A stretch of 64,000 nucleotides of DNA from Promethearchaeota archaeon (GTDB taxonomy: Archaea; Asgardarchaeota; Lokiarchaeia; Sigyniarchaeales; SOKP01), in the NCBI GenBank assembly GCA_019058245.1, contig JAHPZJ010000013.1:41166-105165 (forward strand), written 5' to 3'. A program made the position numbers and the translations under genes. The notes beneath the pieces are model-generated. The model had not been told where the DNA came from and ran no database searches. It saw only the letters and a list, made by a program, of their open reading frames with translations. Shown here piece by piece: positions 40,077-49,342 of the stretch (positions are counted from its first letter, which is position 1; the number at the start of each line of letters is the position of its first letter).

Positions 40077-41516
40077 ATGATTGGAATTAAATCATATGGA
40101 GTATATTTACCAAAATATCTGTTACCAAGGGAATTGATAGGTAAAGCGTGGGATTTTCCGATTGTTCCTGGTACAAGATCCGTAGCTATGGCTGATGAAG
40201 ATAGTCTTACAATGTCTGTGGAAGCGGGATTAGATTGTTTAATAGGATTTGATCCAAAAAGTATTGATGGGCTATTCTTTGCATCAACAACGCAAGTGTA
40301 TACTGAAAAAGATTCTGCTTCTTTAATTGCAACTGTTCTTGATATGAGAGAAGATATTATCACAGCAGATTTTACGGATTCATTGAAAGCGGGAACAACG
40401 GCAGTATCACGCGCAGTAGATACAATTAAAGCCAATAAAGATATAAAAAGTATTCTAGTAGTTGCAGCGGATACTAGAATCCCAGAACCCTCAACAATTT
40501 GGGAATATGGTTTTGCAGATGGTGCAGCTGCATTATTAATAGCAGAAGAAGATACTCTTCCATTATCAATTGATGATTATTATTCCATTTCTGCTAATGT
40601 TACGGGACCATGGAAAAGGACAGATAAAGATAAATATATAAGAACTTTTGAAGTAAAGATGGATACAAAATTCTATTTTGAGAGTATCACTAAAGTAATG
40701 TCTGAAATCTTGAAAAGAAACAATTTAAAACCAGAAGATATCAGTGCTGCAGCATATTATTATAATAATCCTAGAATGCATGGTACAGTTGCAAAAATGA
40801 TGAAATTTACTAGTGGTGTAGCTCAAAATAGCGTGTTTTTCCAGCTTGGTGATTTAGGAACTCCAATGCCATTTATCTTATTAATCGGGGCGTTAAGAAG
40901 GCCTAAACCAGAGGCGAAAATAATTATGACTGGCTTCGGGGATGGAGCAGATGCAATATTAATGCAAATTCAGAATAGAGATGCTCTAAGAAGCCTTGGA
41001 AAAACTCGGATGGGCTTTACTGGACATCAGAAGTCAATGGCATCTCTAAAAAATTACAATAAGTATCTTGACTTTAAGGAAATTTTTGAAAAAGATAGAT
41101 ATATAAGAAAAAGTTCCGCAGTTACAATTTGGCGTGATACGGCATCGGTATATAAATGGTATGGAGTAAAATGTAAAAATTGTGGATCGATTCAATATCC
41201 TGATATGTATCGTTCTTGTTATGTGTGTAGAGTAGATGATCAACTTGAGAGAGTAAAACTCGCATTAAAAGGTACTATCTTTACTTATACTTTAGATCAT
41301 TTAGTTGGTGGAACATACTCAAATATACCTATACCTCGATGTGTAATTGATCTAGATGGTGGGGGAAGAGTACTTCTTAATATGACAGAAATAGAGAAAC
41401 CCGAAGAAAACGTTCAAATAGGTATGCGAGTCGAAATAACATTTAGAAAAGAACATGAAGGAGCTGAATTTATAAATTATTATTGGAAATGCAGGCCTGA
41501 AAGGGGGAGACTATAA
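40077..41516 (+). CDS. HMG-CoA synthase-like domain fused to DUF35 (Zn ribbon plus OB fold)
   Basis: MIGIKSYGVYLP, DEDSLTM, DGAAA, GFGDGAD; C-terminal CKNCG..CYVC, GTIFTYT, IGMRVEITFRK, YYWK. Start moved to ATG 40077. Confidence 0.85.
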   Translation: MIGIKSYGVYLPKYLLPRELIGKAWDFPIVPGTRSVAMADEDSLTMSVEAGLDCLIGFDPKSIDGLFFASTTQVYTEKDSASLIATVLDMREDIITADFTDSLKAGTTAVSRAVDTIKANKDIKSILVVAADTRIPEPSTIWEYGFADGAAALLIAEEDTLPLSIDDYYSISANVTGPWKRTDKDKYIRTFEVKMDTKFYFESITKVMSEILKRNNLKPEDISAAAYYYNNPRMHGTVAKMMKFTSGVAQNSVFFQLGDLGTPMPFILLIGALRRPKPEAKIIMTGFGDGADAILMQIQNRDALRSLGKTRMGFTGHQKSMASLKNYNKYLDFKEIFEKDRYIRKSSAVTIWRDTASVYKWYGVKCKNCGSIQYPDMYRSCYVCRVDDQLERVKLALKGTIFTYTLDHLVGGTYSNIPIPRCVIDLDGGGRVLLNMTEIEKPEENVQIGMRVEITFRKEHEGAEFINYYWKCRPERGRL

Positions 41517-41530
41517 AGAGGTGAAAAAAA

Positions 41531-42715
41531 GTGCGTAAAGGAATAAAAGATAAAGTTGCTATAATTGGATGTGATATGACCAAGTATGGTGAATTATGGG
41601 ATAAAAATCAATATGATTTGCTTTTTGAAGCAGTACAAAATGCTACAAAAGATGCAGGAATTACTAAAGACGATATTGATAGTACTTGGATTGGAATTTT
41701 TTACTATTTCACTGGACTTTCAGGTGCTATGGTAGAAGATATTTTAAGATTAGATGGTAAACCAGCAACTAGAGTTGAAAATTATTGCGCTAGCGGGATG
41801 GATGCCTTTAGAAATGCATCATTTGCGGTCGCTTCAGGTGCTTATGATATCGTACTTGCATGCGGAGTAGAAAAATTAATGGATGAAGGAGGCAGTGGAC
41901 TTCCAGGTTTTACACAGTTTGGACACCCTTTATATCCAATGCCATCTGCACCAGCTATGTTTTCTATGGCAGCAACAAGATCTTTTCATGAATATGGATG
42001 GACAAAAGAAGATCTGGCTAGGGTTGCTGTTAAAAACCATGAAAATGGAGCAGAGCATCCTAAAGCTCATTTTAGAAGCAGAATAACAATTGATCAAGCA
42101 ATAAAAGCACCTATGATTGCAGATCCTCTAGGTCGTTTTGATTGTTGTGCTATGAGTGATGGGGCAGCTGCTCTTATTTTAACGACACCAGAATTAGCTG
42201 AAAGTTATGCTCATTCAGATGATTATATCCTGGTTAAAGCAAATGCAATCTCATGCAGAACTAACTTTCCATGGTATATTCCTCCCAATGGTCCAGGAGC
42301 AGATTTTACCAGTTTTCCAGCAACCGTTAAGGCCGCTGAATATGCCTATAAAGAAGCGGGTGTTATAGATCCTCGAAAAGAAATTGATTGTGCAGAAGTT
42401 CATGACTGCTTTACTATTACAGAATTAATAAACTGTCAAGATTTAAAATTCTGCGATCGTGGTCAAGCTGCTGAAGAATTAAAAAATGGAACATTCAATT
42501 GGGATGGAGAAACAGCAGTTAATCCATCAGGTGGGCTAAAATCATTTGGACATCCAATAGGTTCCACAGGCTGTCGAATGCTAACCGAAATTACTAAACA
42601 ACTTCAAGGGCGAGCAGAAGGAAGACAAGTTCCAGATGCTAAATTAGGCTTATGTCATAACCTTGGAGGTGCATTTAGCGTTTGTTCCACTACTATTTTA
42701 AGTCAGAGAGACTAA
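41531..42715 (+). CDS. Thiolase (SCP2/archaeal-type acetyl-CoA acyltransferase)
   Basis: VENYCASG, DGAAA, EVHDCFT, NPSGGLKSFGHPIGSTG, HNLGG. Confidence 0.92.
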   Translation: MRKGIKDKVAIIGCDMTKYGELWDKNQYDLLFEAVQNATKDAGITKDDIDSTWIGIFYYFTGLSGAMVEDILRLDGKPATRVENYCASGMDAFRNASFAVASGAYDIVLACGVEKLMDEGGSGLPGFTQFGHPLYPMPSAPAMFSMAATRSFHEYGWTKEDLARVAVKNHENGAEHPKAHFRSRITIDQAIKAPMIADPLGRFDCCAMSDGAAALILTTPELAESYAHSDDYILVKANAISCRTNFPWYIPPNGPGADFTSFPATVKAAEYAYKEAGVIDPRKEIDCAEVHDCFTITELINCQDLKFCDRGQAAEELKNGTFNWDGETAVNPSGGLKSFGHPIGSTGCRMLTEITKQLQGRAEGRQVPDAKLGLCHNLGGAFSVCSTTILSQRD

Positions 42716-42839
42716 AATTTATTCAAATAAATTAAATAATTTCCTTTTTTTTTTTAATTTTTTTTTAGATATTTCTAAATTATAGGAAAACAAAAAAAAA
42801 GAATTTTAATTAAGAATTTAAAAAATTCTTATTTATTTA

Positions 42840-43214
42840 TTAATCTAATCCTATTTTAGAAGCATATTTGATTATTAGGAAAAGTATAAACGCAATAATA
42901 AAGAAATTGATGACAGCAGCAATAAATTTTCCTACACCAAACGGTCCTGCTTTAATATCCTGAATGTCTTCAAAATTTGGAATAAAAATACCTATGATTG
43001 GTGTTATTATATCTTCTGCTAATGACATAATCAATGCATTTACGGCAAGACCTAGAATAAATGCTGAGGCTAATCCAAGGATTTTATATTTCTTAATAAA
43101 TTGTAAAAATTCTTCTCCTAGATTTTTGGGTTTTTTTGGCTCTGGTTCTGGTTTAGGAGTTAAAATCTCACGAATCTTTTTTAATTCTTCTAGCATCTCA
43201 CTTTCTTTTGACAT
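42840..43214 (-). CDS. mscL: Large-conductance mechanosensitive channel
   Basis: EEFLQFI..LASAFILG..SLAEDIITP..GKFIAAVINFFIIAFILF. Confidence 0.88.
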   Translation of the reverse strand: MSKESEMLEELKKIREILTPKPEPEPKKPKNLGEEFLQFIKKYKILGLASAFILGLAVNALIMSLAEDIITPIIGIFIPNFEDIQDIKAGPFGVGKFIAAVINFFIIAFILFLIIKYASKIGLD

Positions 43215-43403
43215 CTTTATTTTCCCTTTTTTTTTTTAACAGAGATTTATTTTAAAATAATTAGAAAGATAATAAAATTTGATGATGACTATTAAAAAAC
43301 AATTTCTATTATAAATTATATAAATTAGATAATATTAACAAATTTCTTAATAGGACCAATTGGAATATAGTATTTTCAATAAATACTAGTTGTAAAATAA
43401 TAT

Positions 43404-44039
43404 CTAAAAAAAGAAATCCATAATATCGTATATTTCTATGAGTTTTTCTACTATGAGGTTAGCTTCTGCTTTCAAATCATCTACAGTCTTACTTAAAATA
43501 TCTTTTTGTTCTTTCCAGAATAATGTATAGATTAATCCAAGATATTTTCCATATACTAATAACCCACCTTCAAAAATCGTATCTTTTTCAATTGTGATTG
43601 TACCAAAAGTAGTATCCTCTTCATAGGCAGTTAAAAAATCTACGATCAATTTATATACTCTAGAACTCATAAAAGGTCTATCTGACACACTAGCAACCTT
43701 ATGCTCAAATCCTCTCCCTCCTTTCCGAGGTACCTTTAGATGGTAAAATCTAATATCATTTGATATTTCATTTATCCTATCTCGAGCACTTTCAAGGAAC
43801 TGACTATTAATGGAAAGCTCTTCTTCAGCACCAACGTCATCTATCTTTTGAGAACCTCGATGCTTTCCATTATTGTCTATAAAAGCAATAAAAGGTGGGC
43901 ATTCGCTATTATCAGAATGATTTTTTATTAAAATTGTAAAGAGTCCAGTTTTTTTTTGATAATCTACTTGTCTTTGAAAGCTTTGTTTGCAATAAGGACA
44001 AATCATATTTATTAATGTCGAATCGTCGTTATTATTCAT
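43404..44039 (-). CDS. Hypothetical protein with N-terminal Cys/His metal-binding motif
   Basis: CPYC..H..C..FIAFIDNNG; 211-aa open frame with gaggag RBS. Confidence 0.65.
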   Translation of the reverse strand: MNNNDDSTLINMICPYCKQSFQRQVDYQKKTGLFTILIKNHSDNSECPPFIAFIDNNGKHRGSQKIDDVGAEEELSINSQFLESARDRINEISNDIRFYHLKVPRKGGRGFEHKVASVSDRPFMSSRVYKLIVDFLTAYEEDTTFGTITIEKDTIFEGGLLVYGKYLGLIYTLFWKEQKDILSKTVDDLKAEANLIVEKLIEIYDIMDFFF

Positions 44040-44218
44040 GTCTCCTCAAAACTATAATCAAATGAGAGTTTTTAAATTTTAGCATATAAATAATGAATCA
44101 TAGTTTTCAGTTATTCCTAGCAGTATAAAATCACTCGATTCAACAATTTATTTTTTCGATTGAAATAGGTAAGAAATATATGATAAAATATTTAATTTTA
44201 AAATAATTTCAGTTAATT

Positions 44219-45073
44219 ATGAGTAATATGGGTTTTAATAAATTTCAAGGAGACGTTAAAACTAAAAATATTAAATATCTTGCAGACCCACAACTTAAAA
44301 ATATAGTTAATGTGTCAATAGCGCTTCAAAGACCATTGTTAGTTAAAGGAGAACCAGGAACGGGAAAGACAATGCTGGCATATGCTATTGCAGAAAGTTT
44401 GGGAAAAAAATTAATAATTTGGAATATTAAAAGTACAACTGAAGCAATTGATGGGTGTTATATGTATGATACAGTTCAAAGATTAAATGATAGTCGATTT
44501 GGTTGTGAAGATCGAGATGTAAATAATATTCATGATTATATAACTTTAGGTCCATTAGGGGAGGCTTTTGTATCCGAAGAACAAGTTGTTATTTTATTAG
44601 ATGAGATTGATAAAGCAGATATTGAATTTCCTAATGATTTATTACAAGAACTAGATGTAATGGAATTTTACATTAAAGAAACCAAAGAATTTGTGAAAGC
44701 CAAAACCAGACCTATCGTAATTATCACTTCTAATAATGAAAAAGAACTCCCTGATGCTTTCTTAAGAAGATGTGTATTTCACTGGATAGAGTTTCCCTCA
44801 AAAGAATTTATGGCTGATATTTGTAAATTACATTATCCCAATTTGAGAGAAAATCTATTAGATCAGTGTTTAAAACATTTTTATGCATTGCGAGCTATCA
44901 CAAAATTAAGAAAAATGCCATCAACTTCGGAGCTCCTTGATTGGATCGGTGTATTACTAAAAAGTGGTATTACTATGGATGAATTAAGCAAAAATATACC
45001 ATTTTTAGGCGTGCTTATAAAGAAAGAGAAAGATTTCGAGGTAGCTTCAGATAAGCTCAAGTTTCCAACCTGA
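44219..45073 (+). CDS. MoxR/CoxD-type AAA+ ATPase
   Basis: LLVKGEPGTGKT, LLDEIDKAD, FPNDLL, ITSNNEKELPDAFLRRC. Confidence 0.92.
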   Translation: MSNMGFNKFQGDVKTKNIKYLADPQLKNIVNVSIALQRPLLVKGEPGTGKTMLAYAIAESLGKKLIIWNIKSTTEAIDGCYMYDTVQRLNDSRFGCEDRDVNNIHDYITLGPLGEAFVSEEQVVILLDEIDKADIEFPNDLLQELDVMEFYIKETKEFVKAKTRPIVIITSNNEKELPDAFLRRCVFHWIEFPSKEFMADICKLHYPNLRENLLDQCLKHFYALRAITKLRKMPSTSELLDWIGVLLKSGITMDELSKNIPFLGVLIKKEKDFEVASDKLKFPT

Positions 45074-45229
45074 ATAATTAATTTTTCTAATTATTATAAA
45101 CTTTTCTCTGAATTTTTCTCCCAAATCTCTAATAATTCTATCGATTATTCTCTATATATCAAATTATTTTATTGTTCTTATTAACCACCTCAATTATTGA
45201 ATTGCAATATTGTTATAAATCAATATTAA

Positions 45230-45517
45230 TTATGGAATTAATTTAATTACTTCGAGGTAAGATTTAAAACGTGAAATAAGTAAGCACAGTGTATCATATT
45301 TAATATCTGAGTCAATAATTTCCTCAGCTCTTTTTATTACATCTTTTTCAGAATATTTTTTTGAACCATTTTCAAAAATTAATTCAAGTTCTGCTAGAGC
45401 CCAACATAACGCATCAAAAGGAAAATTACTCTCTAACAAATGTTGATAATATTTTTCTATCTTTAATTTGAATTTATCAGATATTTCAATAATTTCCAAT
45501 GGTTTTATTTCTAACAT
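45230..45517 (-). CDS. Small hypothetical protein, paralog of 15234..15575
   Basis: FDALCWALAE and YDTLCLLIS repeats. Start moved to ATG 45517 after GGAGGTGG. Confidence 0.7.
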   Translation of the reverse strand: MLEIKPLEIIEISDKFKLKIEKYYQHLLESNFPFDALCWALAELELIFENGSKKYSEKDVIKRAEEIIDSDIKYDTLCLLISRFKSYLEVIKLIP

Positions 45518-45634
45518 TTTTTTTTCCACCTCCTTTTTTTTTATTTGAATAAATTTCAATATTATTTTTTTTATTAAATTGTTTTTTTTCTTTTCTTAAC
45601 ATATAATATATGTAAAACAAACTATTTAAATGCT

Positions 45635-45680
45635 CTGAATGATGTTCGGACTATTACGAGCTCTGCCGAATATAGTTCGG
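45635..45680. promoter_or_regulatory. Two 15-bp palindromes CYGAA-N5-TTCGG spaced 31 bp apart
   Basis: CTGAA-TGATG-TTCGG (45635-45649) and CCGAA-TATAG-TTCGG (45666-45680), GC-rich within an AT-rich divergent promoter region. Confidence 0.65.
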
Positions 45681-45792
45681 GGGAATGATTGATTTTTAAT
45701 AAATCATAAGTTTTAAATAATAAGCATTCATTACGAGTAATTATTGATAATGATACTTAATTATATCTAATTATAGATACATATTATTTAAA

Positions 45793-46752
45793 ATGACATT
45801 AGATTGGGAAATTGGAAAGGAAGCCCGAGAATTAGATGAAAAGCCAATATTAGAACGCGCAAAGATTGAAAAAAGTTCTCTTAAAAAAATTATTATCGCT
45901 TTAATCTATTATTCTATAACAATGTTATTATTTTACTTTTTATTATGAGTGCTAAAACCCATGGAATTGATATTAATTATCATTTTAATTGCATTTATCT
46001 TTGAATCTATGGATAGTATGGCGGGAATGGGATTTGGCACAGCTCTATCACCACTACTATTCTTATTTGGTTATTCTCCTCTCCAAGTTGTTCCTACTAT
46101 CTTAATTTCAGAGGCAGTATCAGGAGCAATCGATACAATTTTTGATCATGAATTTAAAAATATTCGATATTCATTTCGACCATTAAATGATGCTACTAAA
46201 ATTTCCTTAATCATGGCTTTTTTTGGTTGTATTGCTATTTTCTCATCAATTCTCCTTACTTACTATGCAATTAAATTTCCTGCTATAATAATAAAGACAT
46301 ATGTGGCAATTTTAGTTATTTTCATGGGCATATCCGGCTTTCTAGGATCAAAATTAAGAAAACTAGAATATTTAAAACCACACCCAAAAATGTTAATCGG
46401 TTTTTCTGCATTAGCAGGATTCAATAAGGGGATAGGAGGAGGAGGGTATGGACCAGTTATTACAATGGGGCAAATAATTTCTGGAGTTTATGAAAAGAGT
46501 GCAACTGCAATGGTATCCTTTGCAGAATCTATTGTCTCAATATTAGGTATTTTCACATTTTTTCTAATAAGCTTTGCTGGTGTTGGTATCGATCTTGTTC
46601 TTCTTCCATCATTATTTACAGGAGGGTTCTTTGCTGCTCTTACGGCACCCTATTTAGTCAGAGTTATTCCTAATAAAATTTGGAGATATTTTATACCAAT
46701 ATATGCAATTGGAATTGGAATATTTTCTATTATAGTAATTTTTGCATTTTAA
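45793..46752 (+). pseudogene. TauE/SafE sulfite-exporter family protein with an in-frame TGA at 45946-45948 (or a shorter CDS from 45949/45961)
   Basis: ATG 45793 opens 51 codons, then TGA, then the same frame continues into DSMAGMGFGT..KGIGGGGYGP. Confidence 0.7.
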
Positions 46753-47216
46753 TATAAAATCTCTATTAAAGTATCTCTATTATATTAAAGAGAAGTAGGG
46801 CTTTATTATAGTTTAAGATGGATTAGTGTGAGTTAAGTTTATCAGTTTTGAATTATTTGAAGATATTAAGTAGAGATCCTTAAAATTAAATAATTAAAGT
46901 TAAGACTATATGCTTTTTTATTCATATAAATATTATAATGAATTTTTTTATTAATTAAGAATAATATTCAACATTAGATAAATTTTACCGAACAAAAATA
47001 TCATTGTCTTAAATTAGTTAAATAAGAATTTATCAAATAATTTTTAAGTTTATTAATCATGCTTTTATCGTCTAAAAAATACCAAAAAAAAATGCATAAT
47101 TGAACTATTGATGAAATAATTATAAATATTAAAATGAATATTATTCAGTATAAGGAATTAAGATTATGAAAAATTATTTATAAGTAAGAGAAATAATTTT
47201 TCTCCGGTGAATAAAT

Positions 47217-48092
47217 ATAGCAGAAAAAAAGATAGATATCCTCTTAATTGAAGATAATAAAGCTGATGTACGTCTTATTGAAGAATTTTTGAAAAAATCT
47301 GAAGAATTCAAATTTAATTTAGAATCAAAACCTAGACTTTATGAAGGTATGAATTATCTTAAGTCTAGAGACTTTGATATTATTTTATTAGATTTAACCT
47401 TACCGGATAGTGATAAAGAGAATACTCTAGAAATTGTTTTAAACAATACTACCTCTATTCCTATAATTATTTTAACTGGATTAGATGATAAGGATATAGC
47501 ATTAAAATCTCTTCAAAAAGGTGCTCAAGACTATATACTAAAGGATGAATTAAATCAAGGAAATTTAACAAGAGCTATAATATATGCTATTGAAAGACAT
47601 AAAAGTAAAACTGAAAAGATAATAGAGAGAGCTTTAAAAACGCAATTTGATGAAAAAGATAAAGAAATTCTTAATTATCTACAAGACAATTATAAAATCT
47701 CATATAAAGATTTAAGTAAAAAAGTGAATTTAGCTGCCAGCACTATTCATAATCGAGTACAAAATATGATAAAAGAGGGAATAATAAAGAAATTTGATAC
47801 GTTTGTAGATCCTTTTAAAGTTGGATATACATCTATAGCCATTCTTGGTCTTTCTGTAGATCCGTTGAAATCTGAGAATATTGCTAGAAAACTCTCAAAA
47901 TATGATGAAATACAATTAGTTGCCTCCTCTACGGGAGATCATAATTTATTATTGAAAATTATTGCGAAAAACGAAAAATATCTTTGGAGATTTATAAATG
48001 AAGAAATTAAAACTCTAGATGGTATCCAATCACCAATACATGTTTCAAGCTTTTTAGATATCTTTAAAATGTCTCATAAAATTACCTTTTAA
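47217..48092 (+). CDS. Response regulator: REC domain fused to Lrp/AsnC HTH and RAM domain; apparent ATA start
   Basis: Frame extends 5' of the called TTG to include IDILLIEDN; phospho-Asp LLDLTLPD, ILTG, QDYILK; then FDEKDKEIL..LAASTIHNRV..STGDHNL. GGTGA at 47206-47210 precedes ATA 47217. Confidence 0.85.
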   Translation: MAEKKIDILLIEDNKADVRLIEEFLKKSEEFKFNLESKPRLYEGMNYLKSRDFDIILLDLTLPDSDKENTLEIVLNNTTSIPIIILTGLDDKDIALKSLQKGAQDYILKDELNQGNLTRAIIYAIERHKSKTEKIIERALKTQFDEKDKEILNYLQDNYKISYKDLSKKVNLAASTIHNRVQNMIKEGIIKKFDTFVDPFKVGYTSIAILGLSVDPLKSENIARKLSKYDEIQLVASSTGDHNLLLKIIAKNEKYLWRFINEEIKTLDGIQSPIHVSSFLDIFKMSHKITF

Positions 48093-48207
48093 TATAGAAA
48101 TAAATTGAACAAATTATCAGCTATATATGATTCTTCTAACAATTAAAGATCCTGGATTTTTCCGATGAATTTTTTTATGTTCATTTAACTTTAATTTTAC
48201 TCAAATT

Positions 48208-49263
48208 TTATTCAAAAGCTTGAGGAATTAACATAATGAAATTACTTCCTTTTGAATAATCTCCAGCTACTTTATCCTCAACCCAAATTTTCCCGCTATA
48301 TTTTTTAAGTATTCTTTTAACGATTGATAATCCAATTCCCATACCTTTAGAATACTTATCTTTATGATTTCTTCTCTTAAAAATAATTTCTTTACGTTCA
48401 TCGGGAATTCCAATTCCGTTATCTTTAATTTCGATTTTTAAATAATTTATATCATTTATTTTTTCATTTGAGAGATTTATTTTAATTTCTACTAAAGAGC
48501 TATCATTATATTTCACAGCATTAATAAATAAATTAAAAAATACTTCATATAATAATTCATTTGCATTAATCCAAATGGTTTTATTTGGGATCTCTATATT
48601 GAAAGTTATTTCTTTATTCTGGTAATAATTTTTAATGTTTACAATTGACTCCTCAAGTATTTCTTTTATACTAATTTTTTTTAAATAAAATTGAGAATCT
48701 TCTAGTTTTGTTAGATTTTGTACATTTAAAGTTAATCTTACACCCCTAAGACATTGATCTCTTATTATTTCAATTAATTCATCTTGTTTATAGACCTTAT
48801 TGCCATTTTTTCTTAAAATTGTATAGAGTTCTGTAGAAGATAAAATATTTTGAAAGATATTATTCATATCATGGCTAATTAAATCTCTATAAAAAAGAAT
48901 GTTACGATATGCTTTAGTTAGTTCTTTAGTTTTTGAAATATTTTCACTTAAAGCAGTAACAATAATACCAACAATTATAATCATTATAGCCCTAAGAATT
49001 TGTTCTAAGTTCTGTAAATAATCAATAATTATACCAAAAAAGAAAGGAAATAAAATTAGTGAGAGTGCCAAATATATAGGGATAAATAAACCATACTTTT
49101 TCCACCAAAAACAAGCTAAAATTGTTGGAATATAGAAGAGATGTGAAAAAAAGATGTTAATTTTTAAAATTATTTGAAATAAATAATTCAAAACGGATGA
49201 AATAATTAAAAGTATGATTATAATGGCATACTTTATTTTTTTAGTGTAATTTTTAATCTTCAT
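48208..49263 (-). CDS. Membrane sensor histidine kinase
   Basis: About 4 N-terminal TMs, H box ISHDMNN, N box NLFINAVKY, DNGIGIP, GMGIGLSIV, GSNF. Confidence 0.92.
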   Translation of the reverse strand: MKIKNYTKKIKYAIIIILLIISSVLNYLFQIILKINIFFSHLFYIPTILACFWWKKYGLFIPIYLALSLILFPFFFGIIIDYLQNLEQILRAIMIIIVGIIVTALSENISKTKELTKAYRNILFYRDLISHDMNNIFQNILSSTELYTILRKNGNKVYKQDELIEIIRDQCLRGVRLTLNVQNLTKLEDSQFYLKKISIKEILEESIVNIKNYYQNKEITFNIEIPNKTIWINANELLYEVFFNLFINAVKYNDSSLVEIKINLSNEKINDINYLKIEIKDNGIGIPDERKEIIFKRRNHKDKYSKGMGIGLSIVKRILKKYSGKIWVEDKVAGDYSKGSNFIMLIPQAFE

Positions 49264-49342
49264 CTCATTCCCCCTTAAAAGAGAGATTATTTTCCTTAGT
49301 TTTTCATAAAATTGAATTTATCTGAATTCAAACATTATAAGC

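Noticed and set aside
45639-45688. SECIS-like hairpin (AUGA..stem..UGA) upstream of the UGA-containing tauE
   Set aside because: The pairing follows from two copies of a DNA palindrome, the GA quartet does not sit flush on the stem, and the element is 5' of the gene and probably upstream of its promoter. An operator reading fits better.
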